Source: Nannocystis bainbridge (GTDB lineage Bacteria > Myxococcota_A > Polyangia > Nannocystales > Nannocystaceae). Taken from it: 64,000 nucleotides of DNA. A program made the translations under genes and the position numbers. The notes beneath the pieces are model-generated. The model saw only the letters and a list, made by a program, of their open reading frames with translations, made no database searches and had not been told where the DNA came from. Within the stretch, counting starts at the first letter, position 1, and the number at the start of each line of letters is the position of its first letter. This document shows, one piece after another, positions 46,491 through 57,800 of this stretch. Location: positions 1,856,001 through 1,920,000 of the forward strand of contig NZ_JAQNDL010000002.1 in NCBI RefSeq assembly GCF_028368995.1, read 5' to 3'.

Positions 46491-47339
46491 TCAGCCGACG
46501 CGGCGGTAGCGACCGGGCGGCGATTCGACGACGAGCCCGAGGCGCTGGGCCGTCAGCAGATCGACCAGGCGCGTCAGTGGATCGGGGATGGCGTCGAGGC
46601 CCAGGCCGTGCGGTCCGGCCGCTGCGAGCGCCGCATCGAGCCAGGCGAGCTCGGGCGGGAAGCGCCGCACCGACGCGGCCTCGCCGGCGAGCCAGCGCGT
46701 GAACGCCGGGGCGAACGCGTCCGGCTCGCCCGGCAAGCCCGTGGCGCCGCGAGCCACCAGATCGGCGCAGCCAGGGCTGCCGAGCACGACCGCGAGCCGA
46801 CGCTTGCGCTTCAGGGCGCACAGCCCGGTGCCGTGGCTGCCCGAGCGCGCGGCGGCCTCGACCACCAGCACCGCCGCGGCGAGCTCGACGACGACGGCGT
46901 TGCGACTGGCGAACATCGGCCGGCAGAACTCGGTGCCGGGCGGGTGACAGAACAGCAGGCCCGAGCCCGCGGCCCCGGCGATCGACCTGTACCAGGGGAC
47001 ATGTTGCGAGGGATAGGGCCGATCGGCGCCGCACGGCAGGACCGCCAGCTGCGGCACGCCGGCCGCCAGCGCCGCGCGGTGGGCCGCGATGTCGACGCCG
47101 ATGGCGCCGCCGGAGACCAGGGCGAGGCCGGCGGCCCGCATGGCGGCGATCGTCGGCTCGAGCAACGCGAGGCGATCACGCCGCGCGGCGCGGCTGCCGA
47201 CGATCGCCAGGCGCGGCGCGGGCGGCAGCTCGCCGGCGAGGAAGTAAGGGCCCGCGCTGGCGAGGCCGAGGTCGACGGGAGGGACAGGTCGCGGCGTGAA
47301 CACAAGGAGAGGTCGCTGCGAGGGCGCCTTCTTTTGCAC
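46491..47339 (-). CDS. dprA: DNA-processing protein DprA/Smf, short form; start uncertain
   Basis: AIVGSR, VSGGAIGVDIAAHRAAL, F.SRN, VLVVEAAARSGS and a C-terminal winged-helix-like end (GLV...PGRY). Confidence 0.85.
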   Translation of the reverse strand: MQKKAPSQRPLLVFTPRPVPPVDLGLASAGPYFLAGELPPAPRLAIVGSRAARRDRLALLEPTIAAMRAAGLALVSGGAIGVDIAAHRAALAAGVPQLAVLPCGADRPYPSQHVPWYRSIAGAAGSGLLFCHPPGTEFCRPMFASRNAVVVELAAAVLVVEAAARSGSHGTGLCALKRKRRLAVVLGSPGCADLVARGATGLPGEPDAFAPAFTRWLAGEAASVRRFPPELAWLDAALAAAGPHGLGLDAIPDPLTRLVDLLTAQRLGLVVESPPGRYRRVG

Positions 47340-47555
47340 GCGGCCGCGGGCGAGCTTTGGCAGGCTCGCAGGCTTCGCGCGAACGGGCGGCTCCGCGACG
47401 CGCCCGGATCCGCGTTGCGAGCGCGTGTCCGGCCCCCTGACAGGGATGTCCCAACGGCGGGCCGCTCGCCGCGGTGAATATCTTCATAACGCCGAGATCG
47501 TTGGATTTTTCCCAGCCGTTCGGCGCGCCCGTGACGTGCATCGTCAGCCCTCGTC

Positions 47556-48110
47556 ATGGCTCGCCACGCCCGACTCCTCGTCACGCTCCTCGCGCTCGTA
47601 CCTGCCTGCGCGGAGGCCACCGCCGGCGACTACGTCCAGGAAGGCGGCGACAGCTCCGCCACCGGCGATCCCGGCGAGGGCAGCGGCGGCGGGATGATGG
47701 AGCCGCTGCCGCGCCATCTGCTCGAGTGCGAGCTGGCGGCGCCGTGCGAGTTCCCGTTCCTCGGCTTCGACTTCGACAAGAGCCTGACGCCGCCGGGCTT
47801 CAGCCCCAGTGATCTCTGCGTGTTCACCAGCCTCGCGCGCGGCGAGCCGGGCCTCATCGAGACGGTCGCCGAGTTCAGCGACGCGACCGCGCGGCTCGAC
47901 TACGCGGTGGTCGGTCCGGGCGTCGCGCTGCGCCAGGCGTCGGGCGAGAGCGACGCGGGCGGCCGCTGGCTGAAGGGCGTGTTCCGCTGCGAGCTGCAGC
48001 CCAGCGCCTGGTTCACCGCGTGCCTGCAGGCGCCCTCCGCGGACTGCCTCGACCCCGAGCAGTGGGTCGTGGACTGCGAGCCTCTCGACAACCTGGTCTG
48101 CCCGGGCTAA
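47556..48110 (+). CDS. Hypothetical Cys-containing lipoprotein
   Basis: Lipobox LALVPAC, Gly/Ser linker and 8 further Cys. Confidence 0.75.
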   Translation: MARHARLLVTLLALVPACAEATAGDYVQEGGDSSATGDPGEGSGGGMMEPLPRHLLECELAAPCEFPFLGFDFDKSLTPPGFSPSDLCVFTSLARGEPGLIETVAEFSDATARLDYAVVGPGVALRQASGESDAGGRWLKGVFRCELQPSAWFTACLQAPSADCLDPEQWVVDCEPLDNLVCPG

Positions 48111-48120
48111 TCGTCAGCGG

Positions 48121-49233
48121 GTGAAGGTCAAGGCTGCAGTCGCTCACCGGGCCGGCGCGCCCCTCTCGATCGAGACCGTCGATCTCGAAGGACCACGCGC
48201 CGGCGAAGTTTTGCTCGAGATCAAGGCGACGGGGGTGTGCCACACCGACGCCTTCACCCTGTCCGGCAAGGACCCGGAGGGCCTGTTCCCGACCATCCTC
48301 GGCCACGAAGGCGCCGGCGTGGTGGTCGACGTCGGCCCCGGCGTGACCTCCGTGAAGAAGGGCGATCACGCGATCCCGCTCTACACGCCCGAGTGTCGCC
48401 AGTGCAAGTTCTGCCTGTCCGAAAGGACCAATCTGTGTCAGGCGATCCGGTCGACCCAGGGCCAGGGCCTGATGCCCGACGGCACCAGCCGGTTCTCGAT
48501 CGGCGGCAAGCCCCTGTTCCACTACATGGGCTGCTCGACGTTCGCCAACTACACGGTGCTGCCCGAGATCGCGGTCGCCAAGATCCGCGAGGACGCCCCG
48601 TTCGACAAGGTCTGCTACATCGGCTGCGGCGTGACGACCGGCGTCGGCGCGGTCATCAACACCGCCAAGGTCCGCCCGGGTGACAACGTCGTGGTGTTCG
48701 GCCTCGGCGGCATCGGCCTCAACGTGATCCAGGGCGCGCGTCTGGCCGGCGCCAACATGATCGTCGGCGTCGACCTCAACCCCGCGCGCAAGGACATCGC
48801 CGAGCGGTTCGGCATGACCCACTTCGTCGACGCCAGCCAGGTGCCCGGCGGCGAGCTCGTGGCCCACATCGTCAACCTCACCGGCGGCGGCGCCGACTTC
48901 TCGTTCGAGTGCGTCGGCAACGTCCACGTCATGCGCCAGGCGCTCGAGTGCTGTCACAAGGGCTGGGGCACCTCGGTGATCATCGGCGTGGCGGGCGCGG
49001 GCGAAGAGATCAGCACGCGGCCGTTCCAGCTGGTCACCGGGCGGGTGTGGAAGGGCTCGGCGTTCGGCGGGGCCAAGGGCCGGCGCGACGTGCCGAAGAT
49101 CGTCGACTGGTACATGGACAAGAAGATCAACATCGACGACCTCATCACCCACGTGCTCCCGGTCGAGAAGATCAACGACGCCTTCGACCTGATGCACCAC
49201 GGTGACTCGATCCGCACCGTCGTCACCTTCTGA
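48121..49233 (+). CDS. frmA: S-(hydroxymethyl)glutathione dehydrogenase / class III alcohol dehydrogenase
   Basis: [30 protein letters not shown] and [22 protein letters not shown]. Confidence 0.97.
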   Translation: MKVKAAVAHRAGAPLSIETVDLEGPRAGEVLLEIKATGVCHTDAFTLSGKDPEGLFPTILGHEGAGVVVDVGPGVTSVKKGDHAIPLYTPECRQCKFCLSERTNLCQAIRSTQGQGLMPDGTSRFSIGGKPLFHYMGCSTFANYTVLPEIAVAKIREDAPFDKVCYIGCGVTTGVGAVINTAKVRPGDNVVVFGLGGIGLNVIQGARLAGANMIVGVDLNPARKDIAERFGMTHFVDASQVPGGELVAHIVNLTGGGADFSFECVGNVHVMRQALECCHKGWGTSVIIGVAGAGEEISTRPFQLVTGRVWKGSAFGGAKGRRDVPKIVDWYMDKKINIDDLITHVLPVEKINDAFDLMHHGDSIRTVVTF

Positions 49234-49266
49234 GCCGCCGCGCGGCCCCGGCCGGAGCGGTCACGG

Positions 49267-49289
49267 ACGGCCCCCCGCGGGGCCGTTTT
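49267..49289 (+). terminator. Probable intrinsic terminator of frmA
   Basis: ACGGCCCC-ccgc-GGGGCCGT followed by TTT, 34 bp after the stop codon. Confidence 0.6.
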
Positions 49290-49447
49290 CGCGTTTCGAG
49301 CGGACGTCCGACAGCGGTCCGCCCGCCCTGCACCGCCGCCGCGCGCGGGGGTGATCCGGCGCGCGGAGGTGGGTGGGCCCGCAAGTCTCACGGGCTCGCC
49401 GCTGCGGGTGAAACTCGCGGGCTGCTACACTGCGCGCGCTCGTGCCC

Positions 49448-52400
49448 ATGACGCCGCAGATCTTCGGCCGCTACGCGCTGATCGAGCAGATCGGCGAGGG
49501 AGGCATGGCCGACGTGTTCCTCGCCGAGGCCGGCGTCGCCGAGGGCCTGAAGAAGCGCGTCGTCATCAAGAAGATCCGCAGCGACGTCGCCGACCAGCCC
49601 GAGTTCATGCGGATGTTCGTCGCCGAGGCGGAGGTCGCCCTCGGCCTCAACCACGCCAACATCGTCCAGGTGTTCGACTTCGGCCGCGTCGGCGGGGCCT
49701 TTTACCTCGCCATGGAGTTGGTCGAGGGCGTCGACTTGATGCGCATGGTCCGGCTGGTCGGCCAGCGCGGCGAGCGGGTGCCGATCGTCATCGCCGCGTA
49801 CATCGCCCACCAGGTCGCGGCCGGCCTCGCCTACGCGCACGCCAAGCGCGACGACTTCGGCCGCCCGCTGGCGATCGTCCACCGCGACATCAGCCCGCAC
49901 AACATCATGCTGAGCCTCGCCGGCACGGTGAAGATCCTCGACTTCGGCATCGCTCGCACCGCCGCCAAGGCGCGCCGCGACGGCGGCGCCGAGGACAGCA
50001 CGATCCAGGGCAAGATCGCGTACATGTCGCCCGAGCAGGCCAACGGCTGGCCGCTCGACGCCCGCTCCGACATCTACTCGCTCGGCGTGGTCCTCTACGA
50101 GCTGCTGACCGGCGAGCTGGTGTTCCGCGACGCCGACCGCATGGCCGCGCTCGAGCAGGTCCGCACGCGCCCGCTGCCGCCGCTGCGCCGCGTCGCGCCC
50201 GAGGTGCCCGAGGTGCTGGCCGCGGTGGTCGACCGCGCCCTCGCGCGCGAGCCGGCCGAGCGGTGGGACAGCGCGCGCGCCATGCAGAGCGCGCTGGCGG
50301 CGTTTCTTCACCGCGCCGATCCGGTCGTCGACGACGAGGTGCTGTCGGCCTTCGTCGCCGCGCGCGTGCCAGAGCAACTGTACGACCGCGGCTCGGGCGA
50401 CGCCGAGGTCACGCGCGAGCTCGAGGGCTCGCAGTCGCAGCTGCACGCGCCGCCGCGGCCCGAGGTGCGGCGCGTCGTGCTGCTCAAGGCCGCGCTGGCG
50501 CCGGCGCTCGGCGTCGAGGATCCGCTCGAGCCGGCCCGGTTCTTCGCGCTGGCCCGCGACATCGCCTACAAGCGCGACGCCCAGGTGAGCGAGCTCGGGG
50601 CGCGCGGCCTCTTGCTCGTGTTCGGCGCCGTGCTCGATCCCGGCGACGTCGACGAGGCGGCGCTGCGGGCCGCGCTGGCCCTGCGCGAGGCGGCCAGCGA
50701 GGCGGCGCCCGGGCACCAGATCGGCGTGGTCCTGGCCGCCGCGCCCTTGCCGATCCGACATGTCCCTTCGGGCATGCCCGCGGTCGAGGTCGGCCACGAT
50801 CTGCGGCGTCACCTGCAGACGATGGCCGACGGCGTGCTCGACGGGCCGGTGCTGGTCGCCGGCGATCTGGCGGCGCGGCTGGCCGGGTCGTGGCAGTTCG
50901 GGCCGCCGCGGGCGATCGAGGTCGTGCGCCCGCGTCGCGCCGCCGACCTCACCGGCGGCGTGCTGCCGCCGTGGGCCAGCGCGCTCGCGCAGGCGGTGCC
51001 GCTGCTCGGGCCGGTGGTCGCGCCGCGGCTCGTGACCGTCGGCGGGCGCCAGCCGCTGTACGGCCGCGAGCTCGAGCTCAAGCTGCTGCGCGACAGCTTC
51101 GCCGAGGCGATCCGGGCCCGGGTCGCGCGCACGGTGCTGGTCGTCGGCGGCCCGGGGATCGGCAAGCGCGCCCTGCTCGACCGCTTCCTCGCCGCCCTGC
51201 CCCGCGGCGGCTGCGTGGTCCTGCGCGCGCGCGGCCAGTGGCGCCGCCGCAACGTCCCGTTCGGGGTGTTCCAGGAGATGCTGCGGCAGTTCCTCGACGC
51301 CGGCCCGGAGACCACCACGGCCGACATCGAGTCGCGCCTGGCCAGCGAGCGGGTGGTCGGCGCCGGCGAGCTGGCGCAGGCGCTCGCGCGCGCGCTCGGC
51401 GTGTCCCCCGGGACAGGTCTCAACGTACATGTCCGAACGGACAGCGACGGCGCCGGCGATCCGCGGTCGCGGCGCGAGCGGCTGTGGCGACCGATCCGCC
51501 GCCTGATCCGCGCCCTCGCCCAGCGCCGGCCGGTGCTGATGGTGGTCGAGGACCTCCACTTCGTCGACGCTCACAGCCTCGGCCTGCTGCACGAGTGGCT
51601 GCAGGAGCCGCACAGCCTGCCGCTCATGGGCCTCGCCACCGCCCGCCCCGGCCCGCGCGCCGACGAGCTGCGGGCGCTGCCGGGCGTGCACGCGATCGAG
51701 CTGCGCGAGCTCGACGACCACGCCCGCCGCGAGCTGGTGGTCCGCCGCTTCGACGACCCCGCCGAGGCCGAGGAGCTGGCCGCGGCGATCGTCGCGCGCA
51801 CCGGCGGCAACCCGCTGTTCATCGAGGAGACCCTGGCCGAGCTGCTGCGCCGCGGCGTGGTCGGCCCCGGCGACGACGGTCGGATGTGGCGCGTGCACCA
51901 GCGCGGCGCTCGCATCGAGGTCCCGCCGAGCGTCGAGGACGCGCTGCTGGCCCGCCTCGACGCGCTCGACCCCGAGGCGCGCGCGCTGATCGACGGCGCG
52001 GCCGTGCTTGGCCTGACCTTTCGGACAGGTGAACTCGCGGCCCTGCTGCAGCGCCCGCAGGCCGAGCTCGTCGAACCTCTGGCCGCGCTGGTCGACGCCG
52101 GCCTGCTCGAGCGCCCGCCGCTGCCGGCCGGCACGCCCGCGGCGGCCCGGTTCGCCACCCTCAGCCTGCACGAGGTCGCCCGCGGCAACCTGTCCTCGGG
52201 GACATGCGAGGGCATGCACGCGCGGGCCGCCGAGCTCAAGGCGGCCCGCGCCGACTACCAGCCCGGGCGCGACGACGGCCCGATCGCCGATCACTGGGCC
52301 CAGGCGCGCCGGCCCGAGGCGGCGATCGAGCCGGCCCTGCGCGCGGCCCGGTTCGCCCGCGACGTCGCCGGCAACGTCGAGGCCTACTACTACCTGTCGC

Positions 52401-53704
52401 TGGCGCTGCGCTCGATGCGGCCCGAGGCCGATCCGCGGGCCTGGGACGCGCTGCGCGAGCGCGAGGCGATCCTGGCCGCGTGGGGCCGCCGGCGGGCCCA
52501 GGGCGCCGATCTTCGGGCGCTCTTGCGGCTCGCGCTCGGCACCAACGAGCGCGAGGTGTTCGCGCTCGGCCGCCTGCTCCGCTTCTACCTCGACTGTGGG
52601 CGCATCCAGCGGGCCCAACAATTGTTCCCGCGCCTGGCCCGTCAGACCGAGGCCCTGCCCGACGCCGACCCGCACCGCGGCCTCGTCGGCGAGCTCGGCT
52701 CGGCGCTGATGCTGGCGCGCGACCGGCCCGAGGAGGCCGAGCGCCTCGCCGCCGCCGGCCTGGCCCACTGCCCGCCCGAGGCCGCCGCCCAGCGCTGCCG
52801 CCTCCACGCCGCGTTGGGCCGGGCTCAGCTCGCGCAGGGTCGGCTGGCCGAGGCGGTGGTCAACTTCGAGGCCACGCTGCACCTGGCCCAAAAGACAGGT
52901 CTCCTGCGGCTCGAGGGCGAGGCGCTCAACAGCCTCGGCGAGGTCGCCGGCCGCGGCACCCGCTATCAGGAGGCGGTCGACTACTTCCGCGCCGCGCTGC
53001 AGGTCGACCGCGACCTCGGCGACCGGGCGGCGACCGGCACCAAGCTGGCCAACCTCGGCATCGTCTACACCGCGATCGGCCTCTATCGCCGCGCCGAACG
53101 CTACCTCCGCAAGGCGCTCGAGCTGCACGAGGCGATCGGTCACCCCGGCCTGCTGCTCGAGGTCGTCGTCAACCTCGGCGAGGTCTCGGCCGAGCACGGC
53201 GACGTCCAGGCCGCGCGCGCGCTGCTGCTGCACGCCGCCGACATGGCCGCCGCCCGCGGCGACGCCCGCACCGAGCTGCGGGCCCGCGCCCGCCTGGCCC
53301 GCGCCCTCGTCGACGGCAGCCCGCCCGACCTCGAAGAGGCCCGGGTCCTCGCCGAAGCCGTGCTGGCCCGCGCCCGCGGCCTCGGCCTGCGCACCGCCAC
53401 CTGTCGCGCGCTGCATGTCCTTTCGCGCCTGTCCGAACAGACAGGCGACCTCACGACCGCGCGCGCGCTCGAGGAGGAGGCGGTCGAGCTGGTCCGCGCC
53501 GGCGCGGCCCCGATCGACGGGGTGCTTTCGATCCACCACCTCGGCCACCTGCTGGCCGAGGTCCGCCCGGCCGAGTCGGCGGCCCTGCTCGCCGACGCCG
53601 CTGCTGCCGTGCGCGCCCGCCTCGAGGGCCTGCGCGACGAGGACCTGCGCCGCGGCTACCTGGCCCAGGCGAAGGTCCAGGAGATCCTCGGCGAGGCCGA
53701 GTGA
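49448..53704 (+). CDS. Ser/Thr kinase + degenerate cyclase-like domain + AAA/STAND ATPase + TPR protein
   Basis: GEGGMA, HRDISPHN, DFG, YMSPEQ; LYGRELEL, GGPGIGK, VVEDLH, TGGNPLF; C-terminal TPR-like repeats. Confidence 0.92.
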   Translation: MTPQIFGRYALIEQIGEGGMADVFLAEAGVAEGLKKRVVIKKIRSDVADQPEFMRMFVAEAEVALGLNHANIVQVFDFGRVGGAFYLAMELVEGVDLMRMVRLVGQRGERVPIVIAAYIAHQVAAGLAYAHAKRDDFGRPLAIVHRDISPHNIMLSLAGTVKILDFGIARTAAKARRDGGAEDSTIQGKIAYMSPEQANGWPLDARSDIYSLGVVLYELLTGELVFRDADRMAALEQVRTRPLPPLRRVAPEVPEVLAAVVDRALAREPAERWDSARAMQSALAAFLHRADPVVDDEVLSAFVAARVPEQLYDRGSGDAEVTRELEGSQSQLHAPPRPEVRRVVLLKAALAPALGVEDPLEPARFFALARDIAYKRDAQVSELGARGLLLVFGAVLDPGDVDEAALRAALALREAASEAAPGHQIGVVLAAAPLPIRHVPSGMPAVEVGHDLRRHLQTMADGVLDGPVLVAGDLAARLAGSWQFGPPRAIEVVRPRRAADLTGGVLPPWASALAQAVPLLGPVVAPRLVTVGGRQPLYGRELELKLLRDSFAEAIRARVARTVLVVGGPGIGKRALLDRFLAALPRGGCVVLRARGQWRRRNVPFGVFQEMLRQFLDAGPETTTADIESRLASERVVGAGELAQALARALGVSPGTGLNVHVRTDSDGAGDPRSRRERLWRPIRRLIRALAQRRPVLMVVEDLHFVDAHSLGLLHEWLQEPHSLPLMGLATARPGPRADELRALPGVHAIELRELDDHARRELVVRRFDDPAEAEELAAAIVARTGGNPLFIEETLAELLRRGVVGPGDDGRMWRVHQRGARIEVPPSVEDALLARLDALDPEARALIDGAAVLGLTFRTGELAALLQRPQAELVEPLAALVDAGLLERPPLPAGTPAAARFATLSLHEVARGNLSSGTCEGMHARAAELKAARADYQPGRDDGPIADHWAQARRPEAAIEPALRAARFARDVAGNVEAYYYLSLALRSMRPEADPRAWDALREREAILAAWGRRRAQGADLRALLRLALGTNEREVFALGRLLRFYLDCGRIQRAQQLFPRLARQTEALPDADPHRGLVGELGSALMLARDRPEEAERLAAAGLAHCPPEAAAQRCRLHAALGRAQLAQGRLAEAVVNFEATLHLAQKTGLLRLEGEALNSLGEVAGRGTRYQEAVDYFRAALQVDRDLGDRAATGTKLANLGIVYTAIGLYRRAERYLRKALELHEAIGHPGLLLEVVVNLGEVSAEHGDVQAARALLLHAADMAAARGDARTELRARARLARALVDGSPPDLEEARVLAEAVLARARGLGLRTATCRALHVLSRLSEQTGDLTTARALEEEAVELVRAGAAPIDGVLSIHHLGHLLAEVRPAESAALLADAAAAVRARLEGLRDEDLRRGYLAQAKVQEILGEAE

Positions 53705-53801
53705 GCGCCCGCGTTCGCGTCGTGAGGACATGACTGATGGGACAGGTCCGCGAGCCGGCTCTCGCGGCCGCGACCCGACTCGCCTATCCTCGGTCTGCGT
53801 G

Positions 53802-54635
53802 ATGCGTCCCTCGGACCTGCTCGACCACGCCGAATTCTGGCGCGCCCATTACTCGTTCTGTCTGTCTCCCGCCGCCCAGCAGGCGCTCTTTCCGGGCCCC
53901 GACCAGGACACGCCGATCGAGCGCACGCCCTTCTACCTCGACCTGTTCGGCCTGACGAAGCAGGCCGCCGAGCTCCGCGTGCAGCAGATCCGCGCCGCCG
54001 GGAGCGTCGAAGCGGCGATCGAGCGCGCCCTCGCGGCCGACCCCCTGTGCGACCTCTGGCCCGAGCTTACCGACGCGATTCGGGCCGACTTCCGCGACGC
54101 CGAGGCCCGCGCGCGTGAGCCCGACGCCGCGCTCGTGCTGCGCTTCCCGGCGGGCTGGTCGATCGAGGTCCGCTACCACCCGGGCGCGGTGAAGTTCGTG
54201 CTCTCTGGACCTGGACGCAGCGCGCCGCTCCTGCTCGGCGCCGACGCTGGAGATGGATCGATGCCGATGTTGCGCTGGGAAGAGCTCGAGCTCCTCACCC
54301 GCCGGGTGCAACGGATCGACGACGCCTCGCCGAGCGACGTCGCCGGCATGAGCGGCAGAGTCCTGGCGATCGGCGCGTGCGGCTCGATCACCGACGACCC
54401 GGCGGCCGCCGAGGAGCTCGTGGCCGGCTTCTGGGGCGGTGCTCCCGACGCCGCAGCCCTCGCGCGTGAGCTCGTGCGACGGCCTCACTTTCGCTGGTCC
54501 GAGGACGCGGAGCTGGGTTGGCTGTGCGAGGGCCGCCACGGCCATCGCCAGCGCCCCGCCGTCGACCGACCCGGTTGGTCGACGCGCGAGCTGACGTTCG
54601 TGCGGTCGTTCTTCCGCGCGATCGAAGGCGCGTAG
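53802..54635 (+). CDS. Hypothetical protein resembling Imm19-type immunity proteins
   Basis: FW..HY, YHPG...F.L, LLG...G...P.LRWEEL and C-terminal W.C.G.HGHRQ (HxxRN-like). Recognised from memory, not by search. Confidence 0.55.
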   Translation: MRPSDLLDHAEFWRAHYSFCLSPAAQQALFPGPDQDTPIERTPFYLDLFGLTKQAAELRVQQIRAAGSVEAAIERALAADPLCDLWPELTDAIRADFRDAEARAREPDAALVLRFPAGWSIEVRYHPGAVKFVLSGPGRSAPLLLGADAGDGSMPMLRWEELELLTRRVQRIDDASPSDVAGMSGRVLAIGACGSITDDPAAAEELVAGFWGGAPDAAALARELVRRPHFRWSEDAELGWLCEGRHGHRQRPAVDRPGWSTRELTFVRSFFRAIEGA

Positions 54636-54843
54636 GAGCCTCGCCCCTTCGTCTTCGGCCTGCATCTCGGCGACCACCTCGATCGCAGACAATCCGAGAA
54701 CTCTCGATCGACCGGTGAAACTTCCCTGCCGGTGCTTCCGTGCGCGGCAACACCGGCCGCTCCGGTTCGCGCCGTGCGAGCGGACTTTCCTCGCGTCTCG
54801 CCGCGCTGATCTGCCAGCCCACGGCGCGCCGCTGACTCCGGCG

Positions 54844-57800
54844 ATGGTTATTCACATAAATAAGCCCGAGCGGATCGTGATCGTCGGTGGTGGCATGGCG
54901 GCCCTCACCACCGCCTTCGAGTTGACCTCGCGTCCCGACTGGCGCGAGCGCTACGACATCACCGTCTATCAGATGGGCCATCGGCTCGGCGGCAAGGGGG
55001 CCAGCGGGCGCGATCAGGAGCGCTTCGATCGCATCGAGGAGCACGGCCTCCACCTCTTCTACGGCTTCTACGACAACGCCTTCTCGGTCCTGCGCCGCTG
55101 TTACGACGAGCTCGCGCGGCCCGCCGGCGCCCCGCTGCGGACCCTCGAGGACGCGTTTCATCCCCACTCGCTGGTCGTGTTCGAGGAGCAGCGCGGCGGG
55201 CAGTGGCACCACCAGCCGCTGCTGTTCCCGCGCAATCACGAGCGCCCGGGCCTCGGCGCCGCCACCCCGACCCCGGCGGCGCTGATCCCCAAGATGCTCA
55301 CCTTCCTGCTCGATCTTTTCGACGAGCAACCACTGCTCAAGAACCCCGCCGCCACTCGCAGCGATCGCGCCGCGCTGCGGCTGCTGCGGCGCGGCGTCTC
55401 CGGCCTGCTCGGCGAGCTCGGCGAGTTCCTCCAGCGCCCCGGCGACGGCCTCGTGGTCGTGCGGCGCGAGGCCTTGCTCGGCCGCCTGCTCGCGTTCTCG
55501 CGCTGGACCTGGCGCCTGTGCGCGCCGCTGCTCGCTCGCCGGCCCGACCTGCGCGTCGCCTGGACCGCCGTCGACGTCACCCTGGCGATGATCCGCGGCA
55601 TGATCGCCGACCGCCTGGTCGAAGAGACAGCCGTCGACTGGCTCCGCCTCGACCACGAGGACTTCCGCGCCTGGCTGCGCCGCCACGGCGCCAGCGACGA
55701 GGCCGTCGCCGCTTCCACCGTCGCGGGCGTCTACGCCGGGGCCTACATGGCCGACCAGGAGCTCGGCGCCGGCACGGCCCTGCACTGGACGCTGCGCATG
55801 CTCTACACCTACCGCGGCGCGCTCTTCTACAAGATGCAGGCCGGCATGGGCGACGTCGTGTTCGCGCCGCTGTACCTGGTGCTGCGCGCTTGCGGCGTCA
55901 AGTTCCGCTTCTTCCACCGCGCCGACGCGCTGCGCCTGTCGGCCGATCGCAGCCGGATCGACGAGGTCGTGTTCGGGCGCCAGGTCGCCGTCAAGGGCGG
56001 CCGCGACTACGAGCCGCTCTACGACGTGAAGGGCCTGCCGTGCTGGCCGAGCGAGCCGCTCTACGACCAGCTCGAGCACGGCGACGCGCTGGCGCAGAGC
56101 GGCGAGAACCTCGAGGACTGGGGCACGCAGTGGCCCGACTCGCAGGAACCGCTGGTGCTCGCGGCCGGCCGCGATTTCGACCGCGTGCTGCTCGGCATCG
56201 GCCTCGGCGCGGTGCCGGCCCTGTGCGCCGAGATGATCGCCGACCCGAACAACCCGCGCTTCGCCGCGATGGTGCGCGCCGTCAAGACCACCCACACCGC
56301 GTCGGCGCAGCTGTGGTTCCGCGGCGACCTGGCCTCGACCGGCTGGCGCTTGCCGCCGCCGGTGATGATCCCCCACGCCATGCCGCTCGACACCTGGGCC
56401 GACATGAGCCACCTCCTGCCGCGCGAGAGCTTTCCGGGACATGTCCCTACGGCCAGCTGCGCCTACCTCACCGCGGCGATGGACGACGACGAGACGCCGC
56501 CGGTCCGCCGCGAGGACGCCGAAGGTTATTGCGCACGCCAGACCGCGCGGATCCGGACCCTGCTCGCGCAGCACCTGCGCACCAACAGCGCGCACCTGTG
56601 GCCGGCCGCGCAGAAGCCCGGCGGCGGCCTCGATCACCGCTGCCTCGTCACCACCGACGCCGGCGCCGATCCGCTCGACTGGCAGCACGTCAGCCCGTGC
56701 CTCAATCCGTCCGACCGCTACGTGCGATCGATCCGCGGCAGCACCCTCCATCGCCTCGACGCCGGCGCCTCCGGCTACGACAACCTGGTCCTGTGCGGCG
56801 ACTGGACCCTCAACCCGATGAACCTCGGCTGCGTCGAGGGCGCGACGATGTCGGGCATTCGCGCGGCCCAGGTCATCAGCGGCGAGGCCATCGCCCTGCA
56901 CGACGACTGGCTGGCCGCGCGCCACCCGGCCCTGCGCACGCCCGCGCGCGAGCGGCCGCGCTACATCCAGCGGGCGCTCAACGAGTCGACCTCGCCGCCG
57001 TACGAGGCGCGGGCCACCGCGATGTACGCCTCGGTCCTCGCCGCCGAACCCGAGCGCCTCGCCGACCTGTGCCAGCGTCACCTCGGCCTCAACCCCGAGC
57101 GCTGCTACCTCCCGCTCGGCCCCTCGGTGGTGTTCTACGCCCAGCACAACCACGCGCTGTCGGCCGTCGACGCGCCCGGCGTGGTCCCCGAGCGCGACTT
57201 CGGCTTCCTCGTCCCCGTCGCCGTGTGCGAGCGCCGGGCCGGCAAGCTGACGCCCGTCGGCGTCGCCGTCTACATGCCGTACCTCTGGGTCGACCTCGGC
57301 GCGGCGCTGCTCGGTGGGCGCGAGGTCCTCGGCTTCCCCAAAGGCCAGGCGACGCTCGGCTTCCCCGGCGCGCCCACCGGCGCCGTCGAGCTGCGCGTCG
57401 ATGCCTGGATGCCGCCCGCGAGCGGCCGCGGCGACGCCTGGCGCGAGGAGCGGCTGATCGACGCCCGCCTCGACGACAGCGCCAGGAGCCGCGTCCGCTC
57501 GCTCGCCGACGCCCTGCGCTCCGGCTTCGACCCCTCCTGGCTGGCCAGCCGCGGCGTCGACCTGGCCGGCCAGCTCTGCCTGCTGCGCGCCATCACCATG
57601 ACCCTTCGGACAGGTGGCCTGCGTATGGTGTTCCTCAAGCAGTACCGCGACGCCGCCGCCTGCGATCGCGCCTGCTACCAGGCGATCGTCGAGGCCCCGT
57701 GCACCCGCGCCGGCACCCCGCGCGTGGCGGCCCAGCTGCCCGGGGCGCTGCAGCTCCAGATCTTGCGCCGCTCCGGCCTGCTGGCGGAGCTCGGCCTGCG

